A stretch of DNA of 64,000 nt, from the NCBI RefSeq assembly GCF_004010195.1, contig NC_057719.1:68041873-68105872 (forward strand). The letters run 5' to 3'. Of this stretch, positions 63,730 to 64,000 are shown piece by piece; positions within the stretch are counted from its first letter, which is position 1; each line of letters opens with the position of its first letter. Made by a program: the position numbers and the translations under genes. Source of the DNA: Chiloscyllium plagiosum. Lineage: Eukaryota. The notes beneath the pieces were generated by a model, which ran no database searches, was not told the origin of the DNA, and worked only from the letters and a program-made list of their open reading frames with translations.

Positions 63730-64000
63730 GAACAAAAAATATTATATCACAGGTACAGGCCCTTCTGCCCTCCAAGCCTGCACCGATCCAGATCCTCTAT
63801 CGAAACCTGTTGGCTATTTTCTAAGGGTCTGTATTCTTTTGCTCCTTGTCTAGATACATCTTTATTGACACTATCATGCCTGTCTCTACCACCTCCGCTG
63901 ACAACACATTCCAGGCATCCACTACCCTCTATGTAAAGAGCTTTTTGTGCATATCTCCCCTAAACTTTTACCCTCTCACATTAAACTTGTGACTCCTAGT
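63730..64000 (-). mobile_element. CR1 LINE 3' tail (continues past the window)
   Basis: acaggcccttctgccctccaagcctgcaccgatcc..ttccaggcatccactaccctctatgtaaa. Confidence 0.75.

Larger units (their letters stand above)
12829..64000 (-). other. CDIN1: Inferred large last intron of CDIN1 (upstream exon not found in the window)
   Basis: I saw no match to the preceding exon (..HWIESKASFGD..FWSYWN); the mammalian last intron is also very large. Confidence 0.65.

Overview
AT-rich vertebrate genomic DNA from a cartilaginous fish. The HE1-type SINEs and HER1/CR1 LINE tails point to a shark; the exact genus cannot be determined from this window. The only host coding sequence I can support is the terminal coding exon of CDIN1 (C15orf41) on the minus strand (12675-12828). 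Everything above 12828 is therefore most likely its very large last intron, which in other vertebrates lies in the MEIS2 regulatory landscape. That intron contains long transposon-poor blocks rich in TALE/Hox motifs (candidate conserved enhancers). The rest is nested, decayed transposable elements: two Gmr1-type Ty3/Gypsy LTR retrotransposons (integrase upstream of RT, SCAN-like capsid), CR1/HER1, L2 and L1 LINE fragments, HE1 and Deu-type SINEs, a Tc1/mariner MITE and a solo LTR. The most interesting signal is a set of about ten short, often fold-back Penelope-like insertions from at least three families, eight of them with 12-15 bp TSDs. Several carry minimal hammerhead ribozyme cores that covary between families, and one appears to have co-mobilised about 400 bp of unrelated DNA. 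There is also a 252-bp inverted templated copy of flanking DNA inside a CR1 LINE, and a 500-N assembly gap at 51526-52025. Family names come from my own recognition, not from database searches.
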